Source: Antedon mediterranea (Eukaryota > Animalia > Echinodermata). From it: DNA of 64,000 bases. Below, one piece after another: positions 1 through 14,444 of the stretch. The notes beneath the pieces are model-generated. The model saw nothing but the letters and a program-made list of their open reading frames with translations, was not told the origin of the DNA and did no database searches. Each line of letters begins with the position of its first letter. Positions within the stretch are counted from its first letter, which is position 1. A program made the position numbers and the translations under genes. The stretch is from contig NC_092676.1 of the NCBI RefSeq assembly GCF_964355755.1, positions 26,120,871 to 26,184,870 of the forward strand, read 5' to 3'.

Positions 1-1418
1 ATTAAAAATGAAGATTGCAAAAAACATCATAGGCCATGTAAAATACAACTTTTAAAAAAGATAGTGAATGAATTTGATTGTCCTTGGTAATTTGCCTAAA
101 TATATAAAAAAAAAAAAAAACTACACATTAATTGTGTTTATAGCAACAGTCCCTTGAATTTTATGGCTCCTATTTAATATTACAATGATGCAGTGCATAT
201 GTGTAGTCAATAAATATTGAACAACAAAGAACACCTTGTTCTGTGAACTCATTCTCACACATAGGCACAAATAAAAATATATTTTCAAACTTTCCATCCA
301 AGGACATATAGCTAAAGTGTTGATCGTGTAATAGCTACAGTATAAAACCTTCCTTTATTTTGCAGAGTTGAATCTATAACCATTCCGACTTTTAAGACCA
401 AATATGCATAGACGAGCAGTAAAAGTAAGCAGAAACCGCATAGTTTGTCCCACATAGAATCTGTATCTATCCTTTTGCACAGATTAGAACCTTCCACCTG
501 ACTTTTAAGTTGGAATAATAGCTGAAACAAACAAGTGGAATTGTACATAGCAGCAGGAAAATCCCTACCCAAAATAATATTACAGTACCAAGATACTATA
601 CTGTATTTTCACTTGGAACATACTAATTAATTTTCAAAGACCTTTTAACAAATATGTACCACCATGTAATAACAACATATATAATATTAATTTTCATAGG
701 TTATTTGACCCTAAAAAAAGTCCTCTAAAATTATATATAAAAAAATAATCCATGAAAAAATTAACAAAGACATGCAAAGTGTACTTTGCAGATTTCAAGT
801 ACAACACAACTTTTAGTGCTATAATGCTGTTACAACAGGAAGAATAGCAACATCCGCAATTCACTGAAACCTACCATTGACACTCACAAAAGACACTTGA
901 CCTTTGCTAAAAAAAAGTTTAAAAAATACAGTGCATATGAATAGGTTTTAAACATTAAAAAAGTTGGTTGTAAAAACTGAACTTGCTATATAAGGCCTGC
1001 CTTTATATTTTGTATGGTATTTTTTTATATTTTGTAATTTCTTTTTTTATATCCGACAAGGCATTCAAATAATTCACTGTTTGTTCTGTATTTATGTGGA
1101 AGTCTTCATTCATTCATTTGCTTTTAGTATTTCGGCTTTCCCAATTTATCTTCGAAATTAATGATCTTCCGTTGCATATTATAATTAATTTCTTAATGTT
1201 TCTATCTTCTAGAAGGAGTGGCACAAAAATAAATAGGAAATTATATATAAATACATGCTGTATGTATTAATGCACTTTAACATACTAAGGATTGCAGCGT
1301 GTGAATATTTAATTTATGCTGTGTATTATGAAATGTTTAAGTCAGAGTTGAAGAGATTATCCACTTCTAGTGTGAACGCAACCTATGATCAAGATGTACT
1401 GTGTGTTTGGATGTTGTA

Positions 1419-1758
1419 TTTTTTTTTTTTTTTTTTGTATATTAATATTTTGTCCTCAGTGAGGAAATTCGGATTAGGCCCTCCACGGACCCACGGCAGC
1501 CAGCAGTGCAGCGCCTACCAGATTAGGCAATGAGAGTAAAGCATCTTGCCTAAGGATGCAATTAGTATGGTACAGATAACCTCGAACCCATGCCTATCAC
1601 ATGCTAGTCAGATATTACCATTACACCATCACTCTCCAGTATATACAGCACCCGCCACAATTTCTAGACGGTCTCCCATCCAGAACGCAACCGGGCCCAA
1701 CGTTGCTTAACTTCGGTGATCTGACAAGAACCGGTGTTTCAACGCAGTATGGCCGTAG
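1419..1758 (-). mobile_element. Composite SINE: 5S rRNA-derived head, tRNA-like segment, CORE-like body and poly(A) tail
   Basis: Minus strand reads a 5S-like copy (1758-1644), box A tggtgtaatggt, box B ggttcgag, tccttaggcaagatgctttac, then an A-run (T-run at 1419-1436 on plus). Confidence 0.75.
1644..1758 (-). pseudogene. 5S rRNA-derived sequence (head of the SINE)
   Basis: ctacggccatactgcgttgaaacaccggttcttgtcagatcaccgaagttaagcaacgttgggcccggtt...ggatgggagaccg...gggtgctgta closely follows metazoan 5S. It has indels and no T-run terminator, so it is not a canonical gene. Confidence 0.88.
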
Positions 1759-3795
1759 TTTCCCACTTCTTATGTGAACACAATCTATGATCAAGATCTA
1801 CTGTAGATTTTGGTGTTGTTTCTCACTTTCAATGTGAACACAACTTTTGATCAAGATGTACTGTAGGTTTGGGATGTGTTTCTCACTTGCTTCTAGTGTG
1901 AACAAAACCTATGATCAAGATGTACTGTAGGTTTGGGATGTGTTTCCCACTTTCAATGTGAACACAACCTATGATCAAGATGTACTGTAGGTTTGGGATG
2001 TGTTTCCCACTTTCAATGTGAACACAACCTATGATCAAGATGTACTGTAGGTTTTGGGTGTTGTTTCTCACTTGCTTCTAGTGTGAACAAAACCTGTGAT
2101 CAAGATGTACTGTAGGTTTGGGTGTTGTTTCTCACTTGCTTCTAGTGTGAACAAAACCTATGATCAAGATGTACTGTAGGTTTGGGTGTTGTTTCTCACT
2201 TGCTTCTAGTGTGAACAAAACCTATGATCAAGATGTACTGTAGGTTTGGGATGTGTTTCCCACTTTCAATGTGAACACAACCTATGATCAAGATGTACTG
2301 TAGGTTTTGGATGTGTTTCCCACTTTCAATGTGAACACAACCTATGATCAAGATGTACTGTAGGTTTAAGTGTTGTTTCCCACTTCTAATGTGAACACAA
2401 CCTTATGATCAAGATGTACTAATAATATAGTTTGGGATGTGTTTCCCACTTCTAATGTGAACACTGAACTATGACAAAATAGGACAGTTCATACAACATT
2501 ATGGAAACAGTGTGTAAAAGAGCTTATAGAAAGGAAATTGTTAAAGGAATTACAGTACAGTACAGTACATACTAGTAATATGAATGTATACTGTATATAG
2601 GGCGGTTCATAATATACTATAACAATATGGGAAGCTTTTATTGTAACATATTGGCAAGCAAGCAGGCAAGTGCAATTTTACAGTGGCACTCATAATTTAA
2701 ATCAATTTAAAAATGCTGGGTGACTAAAAATGATAATTTAATTGCAGAAATATATAAATAATATTACAAGTTGTAAAGTTTTATTTTAAATGTGTTTTTA
2801 TTTGATTACAAATCCATGTATCTAACTAGCTTTTAACAGGAACCCTTGACGATATAGTCGTCACGTTTTAAGGATTTAAGTTGAAATAAACAATATTAAC
2901 CAATCCTAATCCACTCTTAAAGAGCATCATTCATATACTCGGCAACACTCAAAGACTCTTCGTTCCATCTGGAGCGACCCGATTGGTCTACGTTCAATCG
3001 TAGAATCTGGAACATAATCCCAGCTCAACATCATGTTGTTTAATTTAATATCAATGACTGCCTGCAGTATCATTCAAATCAAATAATTGATGTCAATGTA
3101 ATGTAAATAAAAAATGTATAATTAATATCACTTTATTTATTTAATACTATTCTTCATGAATGATCATATTTACTTTTGTTTCTTGTATTGAATAGAATAA
3201 TAATTTAATTAAAATAATTAAGAATTTTCATAATTTCAATTATTTTTTAGTGTTATCTCCCAGAAAACTTGGTATATGATATTTAAATAATATTAAATCT
3301 TTATTTAAAACTTCACTTGCACTCCTAAAGGCGTTCGAAGCATATTGATTAAAACGCCGAGAAGCAAAACGGTTCTTGGTGGTGTGCCGCAAACTTTATA
3401 TCACTATAAAAAGTTAACAGAGGCACCGGCACACTTGTTTGAGAATGTGTTAAGATTTTTTCATTAATGTAGGGAGTAGAAGGGATTTTTAAAAAACAAC
3501 AAAACAACAACATATTCCAGAAAGTATGGTTTTGTTACATTTTTTTTCAAAGAACCATCATTTTGGCCCTACCTCAAATAATCTCAGCTAGTTCCCTCCA
3601 GATATTCTAGCGTATTCAGAAAATGTCAGTTTGCTTTATTCATATTAGAAAGACAACTTTACTTTATAATATTTAGGTAACAAAAAGGAAAAGTAAATAC
3701 TTTGGATCAGTTTTGATTTAAGTATTTAGTTTTACTTCTGATTTCTACAAAAATGAAAATAAGAAAATATATACAGTATAGAGAAATTGTAAACA

Positions 3796-4110
3796 AAATC
3801 CCTATTTAAAAATGATTAATTTCTTAAACTGGACTAATTACATAAATATAGCCAAATATAAGATATTATACCGTATGACCAGATATAGTCCCATGGGTTT
3901 AGATTTAGATATGGATGCCAAAAAATGAAATAATAAACATCCTTATTTAAAAATGAATAATTTCTTTACTGGACTAATTACTTCAATATAGTAACTTACC
4001 AAATATAAGATATATACCATATAATATGACCAGATATAGTCCCAGAGGTTTAGTAGGTATAAATGCCATATAGTCCTAGGGGTTTAGGTATAAATGCCGA
4101 AAATTAAATA
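3796..4110. repeat. Imperfect ~140 bp tandem duplication
   Basis: tatttaaaaatga..taatttct..actggactaatta..ccaaatataagatat..tatgaccagatatagtccca appears twice. Confidence 0.75.
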
Positions 4111-4609
4111 ATATATTTTAAAACATAATAGTCCTGATATATATAGTAGCAATTATGTATTGCTCTCTATAATATTCATTGAAAAGTTTAATATCATTTT
4201 GCGTTATCAAATTTCCGAGTTACTATTAAGTCATTGTACATATTCCATCGTTTTCAATATTATTGCAGTGAGGGACATTTAAGAATGTGCACCGCAATTA
4301 ATTTCATCTACGCTCCATTAGGCATTGTCGTACGTTCCTTAGCAACAGTTAAGAGCAGTTTCAGATAGGTCTCTATCATTTTGCATACCATTCGCAGTAT
4401 GAAAAATCATAACAGCTTTGCCACATAATAATGCATTTTCATTCAATCATACAATTCATGGTTTTCACTATATGAACAACTGCTTTAAAATCAATAAATT
4501 AAAATAATTATACATTTTATGTTTGTATTATGTAGGCATCCCTTTCTTGGATTAACATTTCTGTTCTTTGTTCTTTCTAAAAATGTGGTACGGTCTCATT
4601 TCCGAATAA

Positions 4610-4927
4610 AGCTGTTTTCACATCACGCCTGAAATTTGTCCGGTTCCCTTTAGGAAAGTATTGTGAGCGTTGAGCGCGCTTTCACATCGAGTATCCATTA
4701 TCAAGCGAGGTCATTCATCCTCACTGTAGATTGGTCTAAGGAAAAAAATCATATAATTTCAGCAAACAAATAGATCCATCGCACCAAATTTGGAGTCCGA
4801 ATCAGGTACAAATTAAAATCGTACGAAATTTGGTGTGTAACGATCCTATGCTTTACAACTGAACCCCTTTTCCACAATATTTTACTCAAGGCTCCGGACC
4901 AAATCTGGGCGCGATGTGAAAGCAGCT
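4610..4927. mobile_element. Non-autonomous TIR element, PIF/Harbinger-like
   Basis: Ends agctgttttcacatcacgcc / ggcgcgatgtgaaagcagct are inverted; flanks taa/tta. Confidence 0.7.
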
Positions 4928-5421
4928 TTATTCAGAAATAAAGTATAACAACAATGACCTATTCAACGCATTAAAAGATACATTCTCGCACACCACAAAT
5001 CATTATTAACATACAAATATTTTCCCTGTAAACAAGCATTGTAGATGGGAATATCACTAGTTAAATAAAAATATGAACTTCTAAAAATAAATTGAGGGAT
5101 ACGCATGTCAATTATAAAATAGCTTTCAGTTTTAAATAATCTTTATCACTTTTCAAAGTAGTTTCACTATTCCAGATTGATAGTAGCTATTCTTAATTTA
5201 TAATTTCTATGAATAGATTCTTACAGTAGGCCTATTAGGTCTAAACTGTAAAAGGGATTGTAATAAAAATGTTATTCATGGAATTCATGTACAAATGAAA
5301 TAGCATACAAAACTGTTAAAAAAATATGTGTTATGTATTTGAAATTGAAATTTCTTAACACAGAAGTCTACAAAAACAACAAATACACAAAATGAGTACA
5401 GGTACTATAATTTAACAACTA

Positions 5422-6237
5422 CCGTATATTTCGGTGTATAAGTCGCACCTGTGTATAAGACGCACCCCCTAACTGAGAGTAAAACATCGGTATTTTTTAT
5501 ATCGTCGATGTATAAGACGCACCTTATATTTCATCAAAACAATGTTTTTTTTAAATTGTAATCAATCTTATTGTAATAATATATTTTGTTATATCTACAA
5601 CGGCGTCCTTTATTTAGGTTTTTTCTTACCTAGGCTCGGCCGCGCCCAGCCTCAACAAGTTGTTTCTAACTTGTTATTCATGAGTTTTGCACCCGCAACA
5701 TCGAGTGCATGACCGTGTGTGTAACACGCACGTGTGTGGGCTAGCCTCGCTCGATCATTTCGAGAGGGCGCACGTTTTCACGGACAATCATATTCGATTA
5801 GTATCTATGTATCCGAGAAGTGTGTACGCTAGGTCCATGCTATAATCACCTGGAGAATATACTAGTCGAATACCGTACAACATGTGGCCGCCAAGAAGGG
5901 CTTGCGCTGGGGGGTCGGCGATCGTGCGTATAACTATAAATAAATACTATTCCAATCGTAAACGTTTACAAATGAAATTTTATCGGAGCGCCTAAAACAG
6001 CTCCATAATAAACAAATCTTTTCATCATATTTAGTATAACATCACGCTAAAATGCCTTGAAAACTAGGCAGAAGCAGGTTGCCGTTACGTTAGTACACTG
6101 TAGCTAGGCCTAGCCTAGCCAACGAGGTGATGATATGTACACTCTGTGTGGTGAGGCATTTACGTTCGGTGTATAAGACGCAATTTAGAGGTCAAATTTG
6201 CGTGTCAAAAATGCGACTTATACACCGAAATATACGG
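5422..6237. mobile_element. Non-autonomous Tc1/mariner (Tc2/pogo-like) element
   Basis: Perfect 26-bp TIR ccgtatatttcggtgtataagtcgca, TA on both sides, subterminal gtataagacgca repeats, no transposase ORF. Confidence 0.88.
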
Positions 6238-6831
6238 TATACACACTTTTGATACAATATTTAATATACAAGTATATACAATAATCAAATTGTACAAACA
6301 AATAAGAACATTAAGGCTGAAACTGGCAAGAAGACCTGAAACTGAAATATTGTACTGATTACACTACAGTAACAATGCAGTTGACAGAGTAAAGTGTTCG
6401 TTGATGAAACTACAAAACATAAAATAATGCCCTAAGCGATTTGCTTTCTTTTGCGTGAGTCCACCCGGCCATATCAACACGAGTACCCAACAAAATCAAC
6501 CCGGTTTACTGTACTTTTCTTACAAAAAAAAAAATTCCAACTCGGTAATTATGCCATCGATTGGATGTGAACAGGAAACGCAGTCTAACTTTCTATCATT
6601 ATTCTAAATTTAGGATATCGTAGATAATATTCATATACACAATTTATTTAACAGAGTACAACGACCCCTCTCTGTAGGGTGCAAACTAAGGGCTCTCAAA
6701 TTTCTTTGGATGTTTTTACTTTTCATAGCTCTATTTTTTTTGCAAAGACAGTTAAATCATACATAAAAAGCATTGTGTATCATTTACTAAAGAAAGCATT
6801 TGTTGTTTACACAATACACTCTATACTCTAA

Positions 6832-6985
6832 AGCTCATTCTACACTATCAAACTTTATGTGACAAAACAAGTTTGATGTGCCGAAATATGGTAGTGATGC
6901 TTAAATATAGGAGTGATATGACATCACCATTTCCATTATATGGGCACACCACACATAATATAAAGTTGATAGTGCGGACAGAGCT
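6832..6985. mobile_element. Harbinger/Tourist-like MITE family A copy
   Basis: Family TIR agctctgtctacactatcaaac, TAA/TTA flanks, internal atatggtagtgat repeats. Confidence 0.8.
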
Positions 6986-8661
6986 TAAAAACATTAAACA
7001 TGGGCTGTAGATAGGACGACCCAAAAATTAAGGCTGAATTTATTGTTTGTAAGAGAACCTACTGTAAATCTAGAACAAGTATGACTAAAGGGATGTGCTA
7101 TTGCCTCCCTCTCATTACAACTGTCTGCAAGATTATATGAACATTAAAACAAAATTGATTCTTATTTGATTTACTATCCATCAACATGCCTTTCATACAA
7201 ACGGTTCAAAAGCCAGCTTACAAAAACAAATTATCGGAAATTGAGTTTTATGCAACAAGGGGAAAAAATGGTATGAAATTATTTAGCAAGCGACCTGTCC
7301 CAATTTAAACATAACAAATCACTTTCAACATTACTACCGACCTAGATTTTAAGATTGTTTACTTAGATGTTACATGTAAGCTTTCTAAGGCATCTCTATG
7401 ACAACAAAAACAAACAATTTTTTTTCTTATGAGATATTATGGGTAATTTGATTTAATGGTGTATTTTGAAACAAAGCACTGGTAAAAAAAACAACCCGAT
7501 AAATTTAATTTAGCAATCGGGTTTCTTTGTTTTCTCAGACAATTTAAATTTTTACTGTTTTTTAAAAGAGACATATTAAAATTAAGTATTTAACTAATGA
7601 ACATCTTTCGTCTTTTGTGGAGATTTTGGCGAGAAAAAAACATTGCTGATTCCAGATTACTGTATGTCTTCTTTATTTTAAGTATGGTAGGTTTACATAT
7701 AGACAAAATGAGCCTCTGCATTGACTGATTAAAACGCAGACAGGTAGGTATGATAACAGCCCAGCTGCTTCATCAGCCCCTTGTCTGAACCTCCCATCCC
7801 TTTTAGCAATTCTGTTTCACAGACCTGGTAAATTTGATATATTTCACCATGTCTTTAAGTTTAACCAGATTAAATACATTTAATTTTTTAGATCATATAA
7901 TATGAACCCTGGTTATTTTCCAGCAGTTGTCATGGCGCCTGAGGGATGAAAGCCAATCAGTTGTTGTGCGATGAAGCATAACAAGGTCAAGGTCATGATA
8001 CCAGCTCGAGTTTCTCATGGTAAAGCTGACATTAAGCAGCAGCTTAACAGAAACAACATACGGTAACAATATTATCCTTTAAATAATAGACAAAAATTAC
8101 TCATTCACCTATAAAATGAATTCATGCCAGAACATTTATTCATTGATAACATGCCCCAAAATGAATACGGTAGCTTATCTTGTTTATTTATATTGTACCA
8201 TATGCTTGTCTTGAGTATGGTAGGTAGGGCTGACAGAGACAGGTGTAGTTTAAACATTATTCACACAGAATGTAAATAAATAAAAGAACTTAACAGTAGA
8301 CAATTGTACCAAAATATGATGATTTATGCCGAGTATGCAAGGGTGAAGGTGCGCCACCGGAAGAAACCCCAGTAAAATTATAAAATGTTGGTTAAAAGTC
8401 AACATGCTCATAAATTTATTATACCACACACTAAATTTAATTCACAAAACAACATGTCAATATGTGAAATTTTTCTTGATGTATAATTTATGTAACATTT
8501 TAAGATGAAAGCAAAAACGTCCCATTCCACGTTACAGTATACAAGAATTGGGAACTTGTGGCATAGGGAACGCTTCATAGCCCAGCCAGAGGTAAACCAG
8601 TCGCACACTGTGTAGCACCAAACATCTTTAATACACGTCTCGGCCTGAAACAAACAAGATA

Positions 8662-9330
8662 AACATCACCAGCACACCAGGAGACATCCTTGCAGCCCAA
8701 TGGCAGCCACTGAGAGTAGTACATACAATCATTGGCACTGTACGTCCCAGCCACAGAAACCCTTACAGACAAATGGCAGCCAGTGACTACTTGCAAAGAG
8801 TTTTAGCACATCATCACCAGCACAGCAGGAGACATCCTTGCAGCTCCTACAATCATCGGCACTGTATGTCCCAGCTAGAGAAACACTTACAGAAAAATGG
8901 CAGTTATAAACAACTCGCAAGGAGTACCGTAGCACCATTTAAAAACAATTTGTTTTGACCATATTTAATGAGGGTGATCCATCCAGCAATTGCTGATCAT
9001 TAGGGACCCTCAGAGATAAACATATACACACAATGCTCTACATGAACAAAGTCTTATTACAAGTCTTTGGGAGTGGAGTTGTTGCCCTTAGAAAAAATTC
9101 TGACATGTGACCATTGGAGTGGTAGCCAAGCATCATAACCCCTAAGCCACAACTCCACTCCTAAATGGACAACACACCAGGAGACATCCTTGCAGCCCAA
9201 TGGCAGCCAATGGGAGTAGCACCTACAATCATTGGCAAGACCTGGCCAGAGAAACCCTTACACTTACAGACAAATGGCAGCCAGAGTGTACCTGTACTTG
9301 CAAAGAGTAGCACCTTTATCAACACACCAG
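8662..9330. repeat. About three diverged ~150 bp tandem units, split by a SINE
   Basis: caggagacatccttgcagc...acaatcat.ggca...aaac.cttacaga.aaatggcag repeated near 8680, 8830 and 9180. Confidence 0.8.
8950..9160 (-). mobile_element. tRNA-derived SINE, copy with box B deleted
   Basis: Near-identical to 20782-21000 apart from a short insertion and loss of the ggttcaagtcc segment. Confidence 0.8.
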
Positions 9331-11570
9331 TAGACAAAATTAATCGCAATGCATGTTTTAAAAGCATAAAACAATCTCATCCAAACATTGTCATTTCATC
9401 TCGCTCCTGTCAAATTATCATTAATACTAGAAATCATTTTATTCTGCTTAAATAATAAGAAAATAAAATGTTATATAACACTTTAATTTAGACTATCAGC
9501 GTTTAAGATCAGCTATTAAAAAGTACAAACCAATACAAACTGCTTTAATTTTTAATAACAGTATAATTACTCGATCTCACGTAAATAGATTCGACCTTGA
9601 CACAATTTTAAAGTGCACTTTTTTTCATGTTTCATATTACCGTATCCAGTTCTATCATTTCAATCGCTAAAAGAAATTACGAAACTCGGTAACATAAAGA
9701 TATTTGTGTTGAGTATTGATTGGCTACGCGAGTATTCAAAGGGTTCACCGATTCTATACAACTCAATTTCTAAGTTGTCAAATGAACATTTTGTTATAAG
9801 CCTAAGCAACATAATTACTTGGAATAATCAATTCAATTTTGTTTCACAATTTGGCATGTACAAATATATATAATTTTTGCTAAATTAAATTTTATATCTT
9901 GTATATTTTTACAATTACCGTGGTATCCTCTGGTATAATCTTTCTGAGCTTCAAAATTTGGATTATTTTAAATTAAAAAAGAGTACATAAATTAAAATAT
10001 TGTCTTCTTGAAAAAATTATTTTTGAAAACTAAATTATTGAATATGCCATTTTAATATCACATTTTAATATCACATAATAGTCACTCACTTTGGCAAGTG
10101 CTAAAAAAATAAAATATGTTTAGTTTCACATTTCAGATTTTTTTATGAAGGCCTTTAATTTTGATGGAAAATTCAGTGATTCTTTCAAATTTTTTTTTTT
10201 TTTGGAAATTTTACATGAAACTAAACATTTTGTTTATTTGGCCTAATAAATAATTGACCTAAACATCGTAGCCTCATTGTGTTAAAACAAATGATACAAG
10301 ACAGAAAACACTAGACTTTGAAAATTGCCTTTATCGATTGATTACGAACGTTTTAAATTTTGACGATTAACTCCAAAGTACAAGTAGCAGATAATTAATA
10401 TTGCCAGTAGCGACTCTGCCATATTCCAGAGTTCAGTCAAAGGTCAAAATAATATAAACAAAATACGCTGCACAGACATAACAACCAATGAATGATGATA
10501 TTATCACTGTGGTTTGTTTGTATATTATGCATATTTTTATCAGTTCATCTACATACTGTATATCCTTATTTTCAGAACATCAAAATTAAAAATAAATTTA
10601 TTATTAATTACCATAAATGTATCTATTAGGGATCATGTCAAAATTATTCTACTTCAGTTACTGCAGTAATTAATTTTTGTTTACTACAATAACATACGAT
10701 TGTTTGTTTAAATGTAGAATATTTATTCAATCATTAACATTTAAGTGCACATGTATGATTATCCAAAAAAGATGGCTCAATATTGCTTAAAAGATATATT
10801 TTCTACCTTAAAAAATGATTTAAACACATTTGTTGTTTGTTTAATATGCCATTTTAATATCCAAAAAATGGATTTATTTACCTGGAAAAAATATAATTTT
10901 TTGCACAAATTTTTTTGTCAGACAATTTGTTTCTTTAAATAGTGTATCGGTAGTAAAAAAATATTTGAGTATAAAAATTAAATATAATTTCTAAAAGAAA
11001 ATGTTTAAATACCAGTGATTAATTAATATACAAATTTAAATGTTTATTTAAATAAACTTCTCTTTATTTATAAATTTTAATTTAATTTTATTCAATTTTC
11101 AGGCACAAACAACATATAATACATGACAACGGTTCGCTAAACATGTCTGATATAATGTTAAATTTAATAAATTATTTTCGATAGGACTGTGTATTTCCCA
11201 TTTAGGAAAATATATTAAATTCGCAAATTTATTACAAATTATACAATATTCATAATTTCCTAGATTATTCATTTTAATTATGAAATAGACAATTTCTACC
11301 CGCCTATTAGTTACTGGCTCCTATTCTACGCTACAATGTTTATCTAACCTTGACCATAAATTTGAAAACAATCTTGTAATATTAAATTGTAATCAAAGGA
11401 AAGATACGGGTAATTTATTATGAGGATGCTATAAAATGAATGAATATGTTATTTATGAATACATTATTTTCATTCATTTCAGTGAGAATATAAATTATTA
11501 ATATAAAAGGATGGGATTTAAACCAAAGACTGGGGTCGGCTGCAAATGTTGTTTTTGGTATACTGTATCA

Positions 11571-11930
11571 GGGCCTGTTCAGACCTACGGAGTTATGCTT
11601 TTGTATTGTACGCGGCGTACAACTCTATAGGTCTGAACCAGGAAAAGATTAGTGTAAGCCACCTCATACGACACTACTCTTTCGTTCGTTATGACAGCTC
11701 AAGGTACAAGATTAGTGAATGCCGCTTACGATACGAAAGTCATGCATCAACGATTTTGACCTCTAACCAATCAAAATTATTCCTGCATACCATATGTTCG
11801 CCCAAATCGGTGACACTTCAGTTTGAAACGAAAGCGTTAGTTAGGCAAATCTGAACACTTTTCTGTTACGACGTTAATTATAATATGACACTGATTGCAA
11901 TACGAAAGCATAACTCCATAGAACATACCC
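11571..11930. mobile_element. Non-autonomous TIR element, Harbinger-like
   Basis: Imperfect ~35 bp TIR (ggg..tgttc..ta.ggagttatgctt..gtattg) and direct 3-bp TCA on both flanks. Confidence 0.65.
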
Positions 11931-14444
11931 TCAGTCTCTCTTGTTCTCTATCATATACTGTATAGCGTCCAATGATAGAAAGAAAATGATTTACTGTATT
12001 TATTGAAATAAACATTACCCGCTCCAACTCCCCCCACTCCCCCTCCAAATAGAACATCATTTTGAATCAACTAAACCGGCCCGCTTCGAATAAATGCTAT
12101 TAATTATAAACTTTTGTATTATATTATTTGATCTGCATCTTGATAAGGGCATAGTTTCTTTTTAAATATCTTGATGACAGATAGTATCTTGATAGACATC
12201 TTGACATTTTTTGATAAATGATTACATTACAGTATAATAGCTCTATAATAATAATACAGATGAAGATATAGTTTAAAAGTTCAGTTGTTGTTCACACATA
12301 TCAACGACCATGCAATTTTCATAATTTAGCTGTTTTTTTTTTCAAAATTAAAAATTTGTGGCTCCAAAATTTAATGAGGGAGGGGACATGATTTAATTTT
12401 TTTGTATAAAACTTTTCTGTTGTTGTCTTGTGTGTGTTCGTCCCACCTTTATTATCATACGCTGTATATATATATTATATTTTTTAAGCATATTTTTTCC
12501 TGCTCCTAACAATGTTAAAGTAGTAAACCATTTGCTGTATATACATAAAATGATTGATTTTGATGTTTTTAAAACCACATTTGCATTGTTATTTTACATT
12601 TTTTTTAAAACTTTTTATAATTTATTATGGGGAAAAAAGTGTAAATAATTACTTTAAACCACAGGAATGTAGAACTACAAATCAAAACACATTAGCAGTT
12701 TGAACTCTGACCTGTACGGTTATAAATCATTGCATAAACAAAGCCATAAATAAAATAAAATCATTAATGGTCTGGATAATACAGGGAAAATCCATGTTCA
12801 CACTTTCAATTCACTTACTACACACTTGATACATATCCCCAACCATACCTGTGAACTTTTACACTAGGTAGGTCATATCATATGAGCCGTTAAGTTTATT
12901 ACAAAATTATTTATATCATTCTACAAATGTCAATATTTAAACAAAATTCAATTGACAGTGAATTATTTAGAAATTATAAAATGTAATCATGGCGGTGTTG
13001 TTATTTACTGTATGGTCTCCTATAATACTACTACAGTCTGTTAGTTGTGATAGATGCATTAATGGATTTAAAGTCTAGAACTCATGGTTAGAAAGCTTTT
13101 GCTGTGGCTAGCCCCAACGTTGTTGTGAAATTCCCTACCATACCAATTTCTAATTGACAGTGTGCTAAACTAATTTAGACTAGACCCAGCTGACTTTTCT
13201 TTTCCAGAAATGCAGTACTTTTTAATCTATTAAACAAATGCCATTTCCTGTTTTTACTTTAATGCGGGGTACAGCAGAGAGGAGGAAAGAGCCTTCTTCA
13301 ATATGCATCAGTGTGGCTCAAGAAAACGGAACAACCTCTCTCTTCAAGCCACTGGGTTGTCAAAGGCCTCTGTGAAAAAGTGGTCAGGTTGAAACCTTAC
13401 CAACTGTACTGGTGGCTAAGGTCCTGTGACCATAGGACTAAGGAAAGTGAACTATTTACTTAGGAGTAATATTATAAATAGGTGTTGCGACACAAACAAG
13501 TATATCAGTACCAGAATAGACCATACCAATTAAAAATTAAAAGTGACATCATCATTGGTTTTTGGAATATTATCAGGTTTTGCTCAATCAATCCATTCCA
13601 AATTGCAAAGTATACTTTTACCAATTAAAAGTTGTTAATTATGAAATCCTTTGATTAAAACCCGAAGTGTGATATGATATAAAGTCATTCAACCTAACAA
13701 ATAGGATTTAACCATTTTTAATTCTAAAGAAAAACATAGTATATATTATGAGACAAACTTTTAAAGAATTAAAATCGTAAATACTTCTTTCAAGTACAGA
13801 GTAAATTAAAGCCTTTATAAAGACTACATTGTCCATGGGGTATCACTTTACAGAGGTAGCCTTTGCTATGCAAATATCGACACAATCTCAAAATGCTATA
13901 GTAAAGGTACTTGCACGCTATACTAAAAAACAAGAAAACATGTTTTTGCTAAATTTTGTAAACTTCCAATCCAGTATAATATTTTATGTAAACATTAAAA
14001 ATCCAGCATAAATAATATTTTTGTACACATTGAAACTTAGCAATAATGTGCAAACATTTTGAATTCCCTTTAAAAAAAATTTTTGTTTTTTAAATTATGA
14101 AATTTTTTCATTGACCTGTTATTCTACTGTAATTACTACATTTGGTTTACTTTTAATATTTTATCCAATTTTATTAAGATTTTCTTGGTAATAATACAGT
14201 ACATACTCTTTATTCCAGAGTGACTGCCTCATAATGCAATTGGAAAATGTAGTTTAAACTGCAGTCATTTCCATTTTTATGGACAAATAAAATTTCTTGA
14301 ATCTTGAATCTTGAGGTACTGTATATAGTTTTAAATATTTTTTAATCCATTTTATTACTGGCAGGATTCAAGCTGTCGAATGTGACTGAAAATAAATACA
14401 TTTTTACATGATCCCTTACTACAATGTACTGTACTTAGCAAAAA

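Larger units (their letters stand above)
1361..2450. repeat. Minisatellite, about 12 copies of a 60-65 bp unit, interrupted by a SINE after the first unit
   Basis: Unit about cccactttcaatgtgaacacaacctatgatcaagatgtactgtaggtttgggatgtgttt, visible directly. Confidence 0.95.

Noticed and set aside
312-572. 86-aa minus-strand ORF as a possible AHR exon 3
   Set aside because: No PAS-A similarity and no convincing splice sites.
1644-1758. Functional 5S rRNA gene
   Set aside because: Solitary, has indels and altered termini, lacks a T-run terminator, and is fused to a SINE body.
1361-2450. Regularly spaced repeats resembling a CRISPR array
   Set aside because: Units repeat in full with no unique spacers, there are no cas genes, and the context is a eukaryotic intron.
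2824-3440. Possible Helitron/Helentron ends (ctag plus tgacga..tcgtca hairpin; acacttgtt)
   Set aside because: No second copy in the window and boundaries could not be paired with confidence.
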